DNA of 64,000 nt from Mobula hypostoma (lineage: Eukaryota): assembly GCF_963921235.1 (NCBI RefSeq), contig NC_086097.1:165480001-165544000 (forward strand), written 5' to 3'. The first letter of the stretch is position 1. Each line of letters opens with the position of its first letter. Positions 52,400-64,000 of the stretch are shown one piece after another. Below the pieces are notes generated by a model, which was given only the letters and a program-made list of their open reading frames with translations, had not been told where the DNA came from and ran no database searches. The position numbers and the translations under genes are program-made.

Positions 52400-52745
52400 T
52401 AGATAAGGTGGATGTGGAGAGGATGTTTCCCATGGTGGGGGTAGCCAGAACTAGAGGGCACAGCCTCAAAATTGAGGGGCAACCTTTTAGAACAGAGGTA
52501 AGGACGAATTTTTTTTAGCAGAGAATAGTGAATCTGGATGCTCTGCCTCAGACTGTGGTGGAGGCCAAGTTCGTGGGTATATTTAAAGCAGAAGTTGATA
52601 GTTTGATTGGTCAGGGCATCAAAGGATATGCAAGAAGGCAGGTGTATGGTGTTGAGTGGGATCTGGGAACAGCCGTGATGGAATGGCGGAGCAGACTCAC
52701 TGGGCTGAATGGCCTAATTCTGTTCCCATGCCTTATGGTCTTATG
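52400..52745 (+). mobile_element. CR1 3' end
   Basis: gatgtggagaggatgtttcc, actagagggcacagcct and gggctgaatggccta...cttatggtcttatgg tail. Confidence 0.85.
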
Positions 52746-53832
52746 GACATTGGAATTTTCAGTTGAATTGTTACAATTTTTTATTATACCCTTACACCCA
52801 GTTGAAGCTTCCCATATTTCCCACTGTTTCTGGAAGTTTTGATTCTGGGCACTTGTCACCCCCCTTAATTTGGTAAGGATTCAAACAGGTGTTCTTACCT
52901 AGCTTTAGATGTTGGAGTCATATTGAGCATTTATTCCTTGCCTCTCACTTTCAAAACAATAAATGCCTGATACATCTTTCATTTGAATTGTTTTCCAATT
53001 TTACTGCTGTATTTATTAACAGGCAATGAAAAGAGATGCACTTTTTTCACTTTGAATCTAAAAATTGTTAGTGGCTCTTAAATTTTAAAAAACCGCGCTC
53101 ATCCATGTCATTTAGTGAATCTACAGTGACTCCTAACAGAACTTTTAAGTTAGTAGTGTATATTTTTCTTTTCTCTGTTCATCTGGCCTCAGTTCATCTG
53201 CTGAAATCCTTGTCACTATTAACTGTATGCTTGACAGCTATAATGCTCTCTTGCCTGATCTACTATCTTCCATCATCTAGAAAGAGACTAATCCAAAACT
53301 CATCAGCCTGAATTCACCCATCACCCCTGTGCTTGCTGACTTATACTGGGTCCCATTTAAACAATGGCTCAATTTAAAGTTCTTGCTCTTATTTTCAAAT
53401 CCCACGTTGGATCAAGGTAGTGATCAAAGCTAATTCTATTTGTCTGTGTTTGATTCTCCATCTCTCTAAACCTTTCTTATCCTTGTACCCCTCCAAATAT
53501 CTTTTAAATGTTGCAATTATATGCCCTCTAGCTTCCCCTGGTAGCTCATTTCATATACCCAACACATTGTGTGGAAAAACTTACTCCTTTTGATATGTCC
53601 CCTCTCTCCTCATATTTTGACCTCTAGTTTAAGACTCCCTTAGCCAGGGACAAAGACTGACCGTCCAGCTTAAACATGATCCATCATTTGCCTGAGAAAG
53701 TGGAATCATTATAGTACCTAAGTGGAATACAAATCGGAAGAGTGCATCTAATAGACAGGAGAAATTGTTGACGTAATAGAAATACTCAAAACATGTCAGT
53801 GATTTTATCTGTTTGCTTCTATGTAATTATAG

Positions 53833-53943
53833 GAATGTGAAACAAAGATTGCTCAAGAAATTGCTAGCCTTTCAAAGGAAGACGTTTCTAAAGAAGAAAT
53901 GAATGAGAATGAAGAGGAGGTCATTAATATTCTACTAGCTCAG
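53833..53943 (+). CDS. RALBP1: RALBP1 exon 7
   Basis: Acceptor attatag|, ECETKIAQEIASLSKEDVSKEEMNENEEEVINILLAQ, donor cag|gtatg. Read by hand because it is absent from the ORF track. Confidence 0.95.
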
Positions 53944-55158
53944 GTATGCTCAGCTGCAATATGATATAATCCTACTTAATGCTTAAAATGCCAGTTTGTC
54001 CTTTTGTTCTTGAGATATTATCTGAGCTAATGGTTAGTTTCACAAAGGTTTTAACTCATTTTAAAGGGGATGGAAACACAGAATGATTTTGGCTTGGGTC
54101 CTAGTTGCACAAATTGGAAGAATGCACGTGACACAAAATTTGGAAATGTTAATAAGAAAAATATCTGCAGACCTAGGAGTTATAAACTGCCAAAATATGT
54201 AACTATTTAGCTGAAGAAATGCAGAACTCTGCCTTTCGAAGGAGAAAGAAAACAAAGCACTATAAGGAGATTCAAAACATAGGTGTGAGACTTTGTACAT
54301 ACGTATCTTCGAAGTTCATAAGGCACTCTAGAAAATTGCCTTTTGTTTGTGTTCAAGTTTATTGTACCTCTTACTGTATATATATACAACCAAATAAAAC
54401 AATGTTTTTCTAGACCACGGTGCACCTACAAAGCATATATCACACATAGCACATAAAACAAAAATATTACCGTAAGTGAATAAAATAGAATATAATTCAA
54501 TATACATGTAGTGTGCTCCACAGGTAAATAGTAAACAGCTTGCTGTCCTGGTGACGAGACCTCAGTGGTGGTAGGGTATTCATTAAATCTCAAAGCCTGA
54601 GGGAAGAAGCTCTTACCCAGTTTGGCAGTCCCAGTCCTGATGTTTCTGTACCTCCTTCCTGATGATAGTGGGTCAAAGAGATGGTGGGATGGATGATAGG
54701 GATCCTCAGCAATGCTTTGGGCTCTTTGTCTACGATGTTCCCAGAAAATATCACAAATAGTGGGGAAGGAGACTCCAGTGTCCTCCAGGGCAGGTTTTAT
54801 TATCTTCTGTAGGGACTTGTGATCCAGTGCCTTACACTTTCTGTACCACGCAGTGATGCAGCCAGACTCTGAGTACTGTGAGATAAGAAGGTTTGGTCCA
54901 AGTTAATTGGCAGTGCTTAGTAAACAGCCAACTGATCAGAACTGGAAAATGGCTAGAGTTGATGGCTAGAATACAAAAAAAATACACTAAGAAGAATTGA
55001 ATTCTTCAAAGAATTGAGTTTCATGGAAAATATGTTATTAAAACTGAGCAGTCTAAAATAGGCTAGGGTTGAAATTATGGCAGAAAATCATCTTGGTTGC
55101 CCTTAATTGTGAATTCTAAAGGATGTTGAATTGTTTTAATTCTGTGGTGAGCTATCTA

Positions 55159-57642
55159 CATTTACAAGAAAAGGTTTGTGAATCCTTTGCAAGTACCTGC
55201 TTTTCTGTATTAATTACTGATAACCTGAGGTCTGATCTTCAACTAAGTCACAGTAATAGACAAACATAATCTGCCTAAATTAATAACACACAAAAAATTG
55301 TACTTTTTTGTCGTTATTGAACACATTGTTTAACCATTCACAGTCTAGTCTGGAAAAAGTATGTGAACCCTTGTATTTAATAACTGGTAGAACCTCCTTT
55401 AGCAGCAATAACCTCCACCAAACGTTTCCTGTAGCTGCTGATCAGACTTGCATAACGGAGAGGAGGAATTTTAGACCATTCCTCCATACAAAACTATTCC
55501 AGTTTTATCAATATTTTGGGGATATTTTGCATGAACAGCCTTCAGGTCATGCCACAGCATCTCAATTGGGTTAAGGTCTGGAAACTGACAGCCATTCCAA
55601 AACACACATTTTCTTAATTTTAAACCAATCTATTTCTGATTTACTCTTGTGTTTTGAATCATTTCTTGTTGTATCATCCAACTTCTACCCTGATGTTCTC
55701 CTGTAAAATGTTTTGATACAATTTTGAATTCATTTTCCCCTCAACTCCAGTCCCTGAAGCAGCAAAGCAGCCCCAAACTAGGAAGCTCTTTGCACCGCGC
55801 TTTACAGTTGGGATGAGGTGTAGGTGTGCAGTGCCCTTTTTCCTCCAAATCTTTTGCTGTTACCCTTGGCTTCTTTTTCACCTCCTTCAGCATTGCATGT
55901 TGTGCTCTTGGTGTGATCTTTGCAGGATGCCCACTTCTAGGACATCCATTTGTGGACAATTTCTCTTACTGTGGACTGATGGAACACTCGGGTCTTTAGA
56001 AATGTTTTGTAGCCATTTCCAGCTTCATGCATCTCTACAATTCTTCTAATGTCCTCTGAAAGTTGTTTTGATTGAGGGATGGTGCACATAAACAGACCTT
56101 TCTTGAGAAAAGCAGGCTCTGTCAAAAACCTGATTTTGTGTGTCTTTTTTATAGGGCAAGGCACCTCTACACCCCACACCTCCAATATCATCTCATTGAT
56201 TGGAACACCTAACTCCAAATAGCTTTTGTAGAAGGCATTACCCCAGAGGTTCACATACTTTTTTGAACCTAGACTGTGATTGTTTAAATGGTGTACTCAA
56301 TATTGACAAGAGGATATACAATTTTTAAAAAAAATTATTCATTTACTGGATGTGGGTGTCGCCAGCTAAGCCAGCATTTATTGCCCATCCCTAGTTGCCG
56401 TTGAGAAGGTGGTGATGAGTTGCCTCCTTGAACTGCTGCAGTCTCTGAGGTGTAGGTACACCTACAGTGCTGTTAGGGAGGAAATTCCATGATTTTGACC
56501 CAGCGATAATGAAGGAATGGCGATTTATTTCCAAGTCAGGATGCTGAGTGGCATGGGGAGGCGGATTTCCGAGTGGTGGTGTTTCCAGGTGTCTGCTATT
56601 CTTCTAGATGGTAGTGGTTGTGGGTCTGGAAGGTGCTGCCTTAGGAACTTTGTTACACTGTTGCAGTGCACCTTGTAGATAGTAGACACTGCTACAACTG
56701 TTCGTCAATGGTGGAGGATTGGATGCTTGTGGAAGGGGTACCAATCAAGTGAGCTGCCATGTACTGGATGTTGTCAAAATTCTTGAGAGTTGATGGAGCT
56801 GCACTCATCCAGCTGAGTGGTGAGCATTCCATTACACTCCTGACCTGAGCCTTATAGATGGTGGACAGGCTTTGGGGAATCAGAAGGTGAGTTACACACC
56901 ACAGGATTCCTAGCCTTTGACCTGCTCTGGTAGCTACGGTATTTATATGGCTAGACCAGTTCAGTTTCCTGTCAATGGTAACCCCCAGGATGTTGATAGT
57001 AGGGGATTCAGTGAAGGTGATGCCACTGAATGTCAATGGATGATGGTTAGAGCCTCTCTTGTTGGAGATGGTCATTGCCTGGCAGTTGTGTGGCTTGAAC
57101 GTTACTTGCCACTTGTCAGCCTAAGCCTGGATATCGCTCAGGTCCTAGTGCATTTAGGTATGAACTAGTGCACTATCTGAGGAGTCACGAATGGTGCAGA
57201 GCATTCTGCAGTCATCTGCGAACATCCCCACTTCTGACCTTATGATGGAAGGAAGGTCATTGATGAAGCAGCTGAAGATGTTTGGTCCTAGGACACTTCC
57301 CTGAGGAACTCCTGCAGTGATGTCCTGAGGATGAAATGACTGATCTCCAACCACCAGAACCATTTTCCTTTGTGTCAGGTATGATTCCAACCAGCGGAGG
57401 GTTTTCCCTCTGATTCCCATTGACTCCATTTTAGTTAGGGCACCTTGATGCCATGCTCGGTCAAATGCTGCTTTGATGTCGAGAGCTATCACTCTCACTG
57501 GATTAGTGATTGTGTGTTATTAGTTTAGGCAGATCGTCTTTGTCTATAATTGTGACTTAGGTGAAGATCAGACCACGTTTTATGAGTAATTAATGCAGAA
57601 AACCAGGTAATTGCAAAGGGTTCACAAACTTGTTTTTGCAAC
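55159..57642 (-). mobile_element. Tc1 (family B), deleted and interrupted by a LINE
   Basis: Same long TIRs as 38291-39842. SGHPAKITPRAQHAMLKEVKKKPRVT. Confidence 0.88.
56322..57499 (-). mobile_element. CR1/L2-like LINE 3' RT fragment inside Tc1 TIR
   Basis: ALDIKAAFDRAWH, AGVPQGSVLGP, MFADD and YKAQVRSVME. A-rich tail. Confidence 0.9.
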
Positions 57643-58723
57643 CATCTATCTCCTTGTTCTCAAGTCAGTTTTTGGAATATATGCCATTGGGCAAAATGAG
57701 GCATGAATTCCAAGTTTTAAACTAAAATATTGCTATCCCTCAATGTTTGTTTCATACTCTTCACCACCTGCAACTCCTCACCATCACCCTCAACTAATTC
57801 ACTTTTTTTTTTAGCTCTCCTTATGTATTTACGATGGTTTGAGGTTTTTAGCATTTAAGCTAAGTCTCTAAAGTTGGTATAATTAGCAGGACTTCAGGGA
57901 CTTGGAAACATGCTACATTGGCCCCCAAAGCCCACTTTTTCCAAACCAGCCCATTTATATCCAACTGTGCCTAGCTAAAATCTTAAGCATAGAAATTTTT
58001 TAAATTGTAGGAAATCTGAAGTAAAAATTGAAAATGCTAGTACCACTCAACAGGTCAGGCAGCATCTGTGGAAGATGTTTCAGGATGTGGGGAAAAGAGA
58101 ACGACATTACCTTTAACTTGCAGAGAAAATGGGAGGATAGATAAGGAATCTCTGATAAGTTGAGGATAGAGTTGCACAGGCAGGTTAGGGTGGGATGGAG
58201 AATTAAAGTAGCAAGCAACAGGGAGCTTCAGGTCATCCCAGCAGATTAAACACAGATGCTCTACAATGTTTAGTTTCTACAGTGTACAGGAGACCATTTT
58301 ATGACCATCAGATGTATTGTACTATGGCTGAGGATGGTTAAAGTCAGCACTTGTAGTGATATGATTGATGATGACTGGAAAGGGTTAGGATGGACTTAAA
58401 TGCAACTATTTGTATCAAAATTTGTATGCAACTATGATTGTATCAAAATTTATCTGTGAGAATCTTTACTTATATAAGGAACTGGAGATCTCTAGTAATT
58501 GTAGTCCTATACTACATAATTCATTGACTAAGAAGAAAACAAATGGAAGATAATATAGTTTCAGATTAGTAATGTGCTCCATATCCATTGGTTTAAATCA
58601 TTAAAACATGCTGTCTTCCCCATGATATGTGATACTTATGTAGTTTACCCCTCTCCACTTTGATGTCACCTTTTTGTCATTCTCAAGTTGCTTTCATTCT
58701 CACATTGAAGAATTGTTTTAAAG

Positions 58724-58845
58724 GAGAATGAAATCCTGACCGAACAGGAAGAATTGCTGGCCATGGAGCAGTTTTTACGAAGACAGATTGCATCTGAAAA
58801 AGAAGAAATTGAACGTCTTAGAGCAGAGATTGCAGAAATTCAGAG
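58724..58845 (+). CDS. RALBP1: RALBP1 exon 8
   Basis: Acceptor tttaaag|, ENEILTEQEELLAMEQFLRRQIASEKEEIERLRAEIAEIQ(S), donor ag|gtaag. Read by hand. Confidence 0.95.
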
Positions 58846-58919
58846 GTAAGTAAAATGCTGTAGTACAGAGAACATTGTTTAAACTCTTGTACATATGAAT
58901 GTTACAATTTGGGGCAATA

Positions 58920-59700
58920 AGAAACTTGGCCCATCAAAGGTGCTCCACTATTTAATAGGGTGAAGGTGATTGTAACTGCAGGTCTGCATTCCAATCAATC
59001 TACCTTATTATTACAAAGACCAAGCTTCCACTGCCCTTCGCAAAAGAGTTTCAAATTGTCATGAATCTCAGAAAAAAGATTCTCCCATGGGAGAAAGCAC
59101 CCTCTCCACATCCACCCTGTCAGACTCAGGATCTTGAGTTTGAACCAAGTCCCCTTTCATTCTTCGAAACTCCATAGGATATTAGCTTCATTTGTCTAAT
59201 CTTTCATCATAAGGTAAACTGCCTATTACAAGTACTACTGTGGCAAACCTCTGAAATGCTAACACATTTATGTCCTTTATTAACTAAGGAGACCAAAATG
59301 ATACTCAGCATCGCTGATGAGGTCTCACCAGTACCTATAAAAGTGAAACAAAACCTCCTTTAAACAAGTTCCCAAGCAATAAACCATGACATTGTGGTAG
59401 ATTTCATAACCACTTGCTGCCATTTGTGAAACATACACTAGGGCACCTTGATCACTCTGTAACTCAGAGCTCTGTATTCTTTTGCCATTTAGATAATTTT
59501 TTTTTGTAATCTTTCCTATCAAAATGGGCATTTTCACATTTTCCCACACAACCCTCCATTTGCCAAAATTGTTGCGTACCACACTTAACTATCCATTTCG
59601 CTTTTTGGAGCTTCTTTATGCCTTCTTCAGTTTGCTGTCCTACATAATCAGCAAATTTGGCAGCCAAATGTTTATCCCAGTCATTTATATAAATTGGGAG
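58920..59700 (-). mobile_element. Old degenerate CR1 3' part
   Basis: Decayed AKFAD and typical CR1 3' motifs. Confidence 0.6.
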
Positions 59701-59890
59701 GCAGTCTCTTGTGTCTTTGCCCTTTCTTGCAGCAAACCCAAATCTCTTGTAAATGAGGAAATCAATCCAATTCACTTTAAACTGATTCAGCTGGCTTGGC
59801 ATTTGCGGCTCTATTTCATTCAGTGATATCTGCTTCTGCTTAAAATGGCAAGTACTGAATGGCAAGTGTTTCTCTGGTACATATGACTAA

Positions 59891-60188
59891 TAAACTCTTC
59901 TCAGGCTTCTAGACAGGTACAGGTATTGACTTTAACCAACATTTCAATGACAAACTTTGCTGTCTTCTTCAGAGCTGATGCCTAGGGCATGTCTAGTCTA
60001 GTGGTATTTATACCCCCGTCGTTCATCCCTCCTGAGGACTCACCAATCAGGAGGGATGGATGACGGGGGTATATATACTATCAGACTAGACATGCCTAGG
60101 CATCATCCCTGAAGAAGATTTCAGAGCTTGTCATTGAAATGTTGGTTAGAATCAGTAACTACCTGGTTGGAAGCATGAGAACAGTTTA
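59891..60188. mobile_element. ~300-bp palindrome: inverted PLE-like terminal repeat (second family) with hammerhead-like cores
   Basis: Arms pair around loop 60036-60046. ctgaaga-agatttcagagcttgtcatt-gaaa-tgtt at 60109-60143, with its complement in the left arm. Confidence 0.75.
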
Positions 60189-60450
60189 ATAGCAGTACTG
60201 AGTTTGATGGTCACGTGATGTGATAGACTTGGTTTGAGAATCAGAAAAATATACAAACAATGTTTCTTAAAATGTGGCTCAGTGCTGAGTGAAATAAGGT
60301 TTTATTAGGCCATCTGCCCCGTCAAGTCGGCTCCACTATTTCATCATGGCTGATCCATTTTCCCTCTTAGCCCCAATCTCCTGCCTTCTCCCCCTTATCC
60401 CTGCATATCCTGACCAATAAAAAAAATCTATCAACATGTGCTTAAATATA

Positions 60451-61660
60451 TAATTGCAAGAAAAATTTTGTGAACCCTTTCCAATTACCTGGTTTTCTGC
60501 ATTAATTACTCATAAAATGTGGTCTGAGCTTCATCTAAGTTACAATAATAGACAAACACAATCTGCCTAAACTAATAACTCACAAACAATTGTTGTACTT
60601 CTCATCAATACTGAGTACACCATTTAAACAATCACAGCCTAGGTTTGAAAGAGTATGTGAACCTCTGGGGTTCGACAAAAGCTATTTGGAGTCAGGTGTT
60701 CCAATCAATGAGATGAGATTGGGATGGTCTGCCCTTTAAAATAGATACACAGAGTCAGGTTACTGCAGAGCCTGCTCATCTCTAGAAAGATCTGTTTATG
60801 TGCACCATGTCTCAATCAAAACAACTTTCAGACGACCTCAGAATAAGAATTGTCGAGATGCATAAAGCTGGAAAAGGCTGCAAAAGCATTTCTGAAGAGC
60901 TGAGTAGTCAGCAGTCCACAGTAAGAAATTGTCTACAAGTGGAGGAAACTGAATACTTTTGCTAATTTCCCTAGGAGTGGGCGTACTGCAAGGATCACAC
61001 TAAGAACACAATGTGCAATACTGAAGGAGGTGAAAAAGAACCCAAGGGTAACAGCAACAGACCTGCAGAAATCTCTAGAACGTGCTAAAATGTTTGTTCA
61101 TTTATCCACTATAAGAAAAACACGGAACAGGAATAGTGTTCATGGAAGTACACCACTGAGGAAACCACTACTCTCCAAAGCAAAACATTGCTGCACACCT
61201 CAAGTTGGCAAAAGACCACCTGGATATTCTACAACGCTTCTGGGACAATGTGCTGTGGACAGATGAGACAAAAGTTGAACTTTTTGGCAGAAACACACAC
61301 TGCTATGTTTGGAGGTAAAAGGGCACTACACACCAACACTAAAAGCTCCTCCCAACTGTGAAGCATGGTGGAAAGAGTATCATGGTTTGGGACTGCTTTG
61401 CTGTCTCAGGACCTGGACAGCTTGCAATTGTTGAGGGAACAATGAATTCAAAATTGTATCAAAACATTTTGCAGGAGAATGTCAGGGTCGCACTCTTATC
61501 ACCTGAAGCTTTAAAAGGAGTTAGATGATGCAACAAGACAATGATCCAAAACACAAGAGTAATCAACAACGGAATGGTTTAAAAAGAAGAAAATTTGTGT
61601 TTTGGAATGGCTAAGTCAGAGCCCAGACAACCCAAATGAGATGCTGTAGCATGACCTGAT
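60451..61660 (+). mobile_element. Tc1 (family B), right end lost
   Basis: Left TIR follows TA. Transposase motifs LWTDETKVELFG, TVKHGG.SIMVW.CF and QQDNDPKH. Confidence 0.9.
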
Positions 61661-62911
61661 ATGATCTGATATCCACTCTCACCTCTCTTTTACATTTTAT
61701 GTATCTGAAGAAACTTTAGGTATTCTCTTCAATATTGTTGGCTGATTTACTTTCGTATTCCATCTTTTCCTTCTTGATGACTTTTTTAGTTGTCTTCTGT
61801 TGGTTTTTAAAAGCTCCCCAATCCTCTTACTTCCCACTAATTTTTGCTCTATTATATGCCCCCTCTTTGGCTTTTATGTTGGCTTTGATTTCTCTTGTTA
61901 GCCATGGTTGTGTCATCTTGCCTTTAGAATACTTCTTCCTCTTTGGGATGTATATAGCCTGTGCCTTCTGAATTGCTTCCAGAAATTCCAGCCATTGCTG
62001 CTCTGCCGTGGTCCCTGCTAGTGTTCATTTCTGATCAATTTTGGCCAACACCTCTCTCATGCTTCTGTAATTCCCTTTACTTCACTGTAATAATGATGCA
62101 TCTGACTTTAGCTTCTCCTTCTCAAATTTCAGGGTGAATTTGATCATATCATGATCAGTTGCCCTTAAGATTTCTTTTACCTTAAGTTCTAATCATTTCC
62201 AGTTCATTGCAAAATATCCTATCCAGAATAACTGATCTAGTAGGCTCACCTCAAGCTGCTCTAAAAAGCCCACTCATACACATTCTATAAATTCCTCCTC
62301 TTGGAATCCAACAGCAACCTGATTTTCCCAAATTACCTGCATATTGAACTCCTCTTTGTCTATTGTAACATTGCCCTTTTGCCATGCATTTTCTATCTTT
62401 TGTTGTAATTTGTAGACCACTTCCTTAATACCGTTTGGGGATATTTTTACCCTTGCAGTTCCTTAGCTCTACCCACAACTATTCAGTACCTTCCAACCCA
62501 ATGTCACCTCTTTCTAATGTTTTGATTTCATTATTTTTTACCAACAGAGCCATGCCACCCCCTCTGCCTACCTGCTTGTCCTTTCGATACAATGTGTAGC
62601 CTTGGATGTTAAGCTCTTAGTTATTATCTAATTTCAGCCATGATTTTGTGATACCCACCACATCATACATGCCAATCTGTAACTGTGCTACAAGTTCATC
62701 TACCTTATTCCGTATAATGCGTGCATTCAAATACAACACCTTCAGTCCTGTATTCATCCTTTTCAATTTTGTCTGCCTTTTACATTGCAACTCAATTTTG
62801 CCCTATCATCAGCCTCTCCTTGCTGGGAGTCTCACTGCGCAGTGCCTGTTTGTAAACCAACTACCTCTTTCTCAGCACTATCACTCCATTTCCCATCCCC
62901 TGCCAAATTAG
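61661..62911 (-). mobile_element. CR1 LINE endonuclease region (its 3' tail at ~60300-60450)
   Basis: Collinear with 8190-9775 (ttatgctgcgtgcattcaaa, ccagccattgctgctctg). Confidence 0.88.
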
Positions 62912-62938
62912 AATGTTTTTGTGCTGTTTGTTTCATAG

Positions 62939-63065
62939 CCGTCAGCAACAGCATGGTCGTAGTGAAACAGAGGAGTACTCTTCTGAAAGTGAGAGTGAAA
63001 GTGAGGATGAGGAGGAGCTGCAGCTCATCCTGGAAGATCTTCAGCGACAAAATGAAGAGTTGGAG
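62939..63065 (+). CDS. RALBP1: RALBP1 exon 9 (gene continues beyond window)
   Basis: Acceptor tttcatag|, RQQQHGRSETEEYSSESESESEDEEELQLILEDLQRQNEELE, donor gag|gtaat. Confidence 0.95.
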
Positions 63066-63524
63066 GTAATTTATAACAGAATTACAAAGCTGTACAAACA
63101 ATTTAGTTTATTGGTATTAGTAAATCTTTAGTCAGATCATTTTCATGTACTTTATTTTTTCATAGCTAAAATTATTAGAGTTCTGGAAATTTAACACCCA
63201 GAGATTTAATTGGCTAGGAAGAGTTATATTAACTAATCAGAATCTTCGTCCCTTCCTTTGTTTCAGGATGTTCTACGTTGAGAGTAATTCACTACAAAGT
63301 ACTGTAATCTCCAGCCAACTGCTGAAAATAATGGAAGTACTAACATACCAATGAATGTATAGAATCAGTCAATCCATTAAGTGCAGACCTGCTGAGGTTC
63401 CCAAATGGGCACAAGATCCAAAGGGTGCATAAAGAATTCATGAAGAGGTTGCCAGACTGGAAGGCTTGAAATATAAGGAGAGATTGGATATGCTGGGATA
63501 ATAGGAGGTTGAATGGCAACCTTA

Positions 63525-64000
63525 TAGAGTCATAGAGCACTACAGCAAAGTCCTAACCTATTCAGCCTTTCCATATAACCTGGGTCCTCGAGTCCTGGCA
63601 GCATTCTTGTAAATTTTATTTCTTTGCACTCTTACAGTCTTATTGACAATTGTCCTGTAGGTAGGTGACCAGAACTTCAAATTAGGCTAATCAACATCTT
63701 ATACAGCTTCAATATAACATCCCAACTCCTGTACTCAGTACTTTGATTAATGAAGGCCAATTATGTAAGCTTTCTTTACAACTCTATCTACCTGTCACAC
63801 TACTTTCTAAGAATTATGGATCTGTATTTCTAGATCCCTCTCTGTTCTACCACATTCTTCAGTGCCCTACCACTCATTGTGCAAGTCCCACCCTGCTTTG
63901 TCCTCCCAAAGTGCAACACCTCACACTTGGCTGCATTAAATACCATCTGCTATTTTTCCACCTCGTCCAGATCCCGCTGCATAGTCTTCCTTGATTTCCA
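63525..64000 (-). mobile_element. CR1 3' part
   Basis: Matches 15230-15630 (ggtgaccagaact, tcctagatccctct, tgcaacacctcacact). Confidence 0.8.

Overview
Vertebrate genomic DNA, most likely from a cartilaginous fish (ray or shark). This assignment is inferred from the repeat families, not proven. The window holds most of RALBP1 (RLIP76) on the + strand: a CpG-island promoter with a probable non-coding exon 1 (~10.9-11.07 kb), then coding exons 2-9 (24142-63065, 1710 nt, 570 aa, all GT-AG and in phase). The last exon lies beyond the window. The rest is dense in transposable elements: CR1, L2, L1, Rex1/Babar and RTE LINEs, tRNA-derived SINEs, Tc1 and hAT DNA transposons, a solo LTR, and many Penelope-like element (PLE) termini carrying minimal hammerhead ribozyme motifs. 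Several are nested up to four levels deep with readable target-site duplications (TSDs). Most notable observations: TSD-flanked hammerhead-bearing mini-insertions, a ~300-bp palindrome from a second hammerhead family, a chain of overlapping uORFs abutting the RALBP1 start codon, a G4-prone CpG minisatellite with a CpG-decay gradient beside the promoter, and a LINE-derived in-frame cryptic acceptor at exon 9. No wholly new gene system was found. All TE family names come from motif recognition, not database searches.
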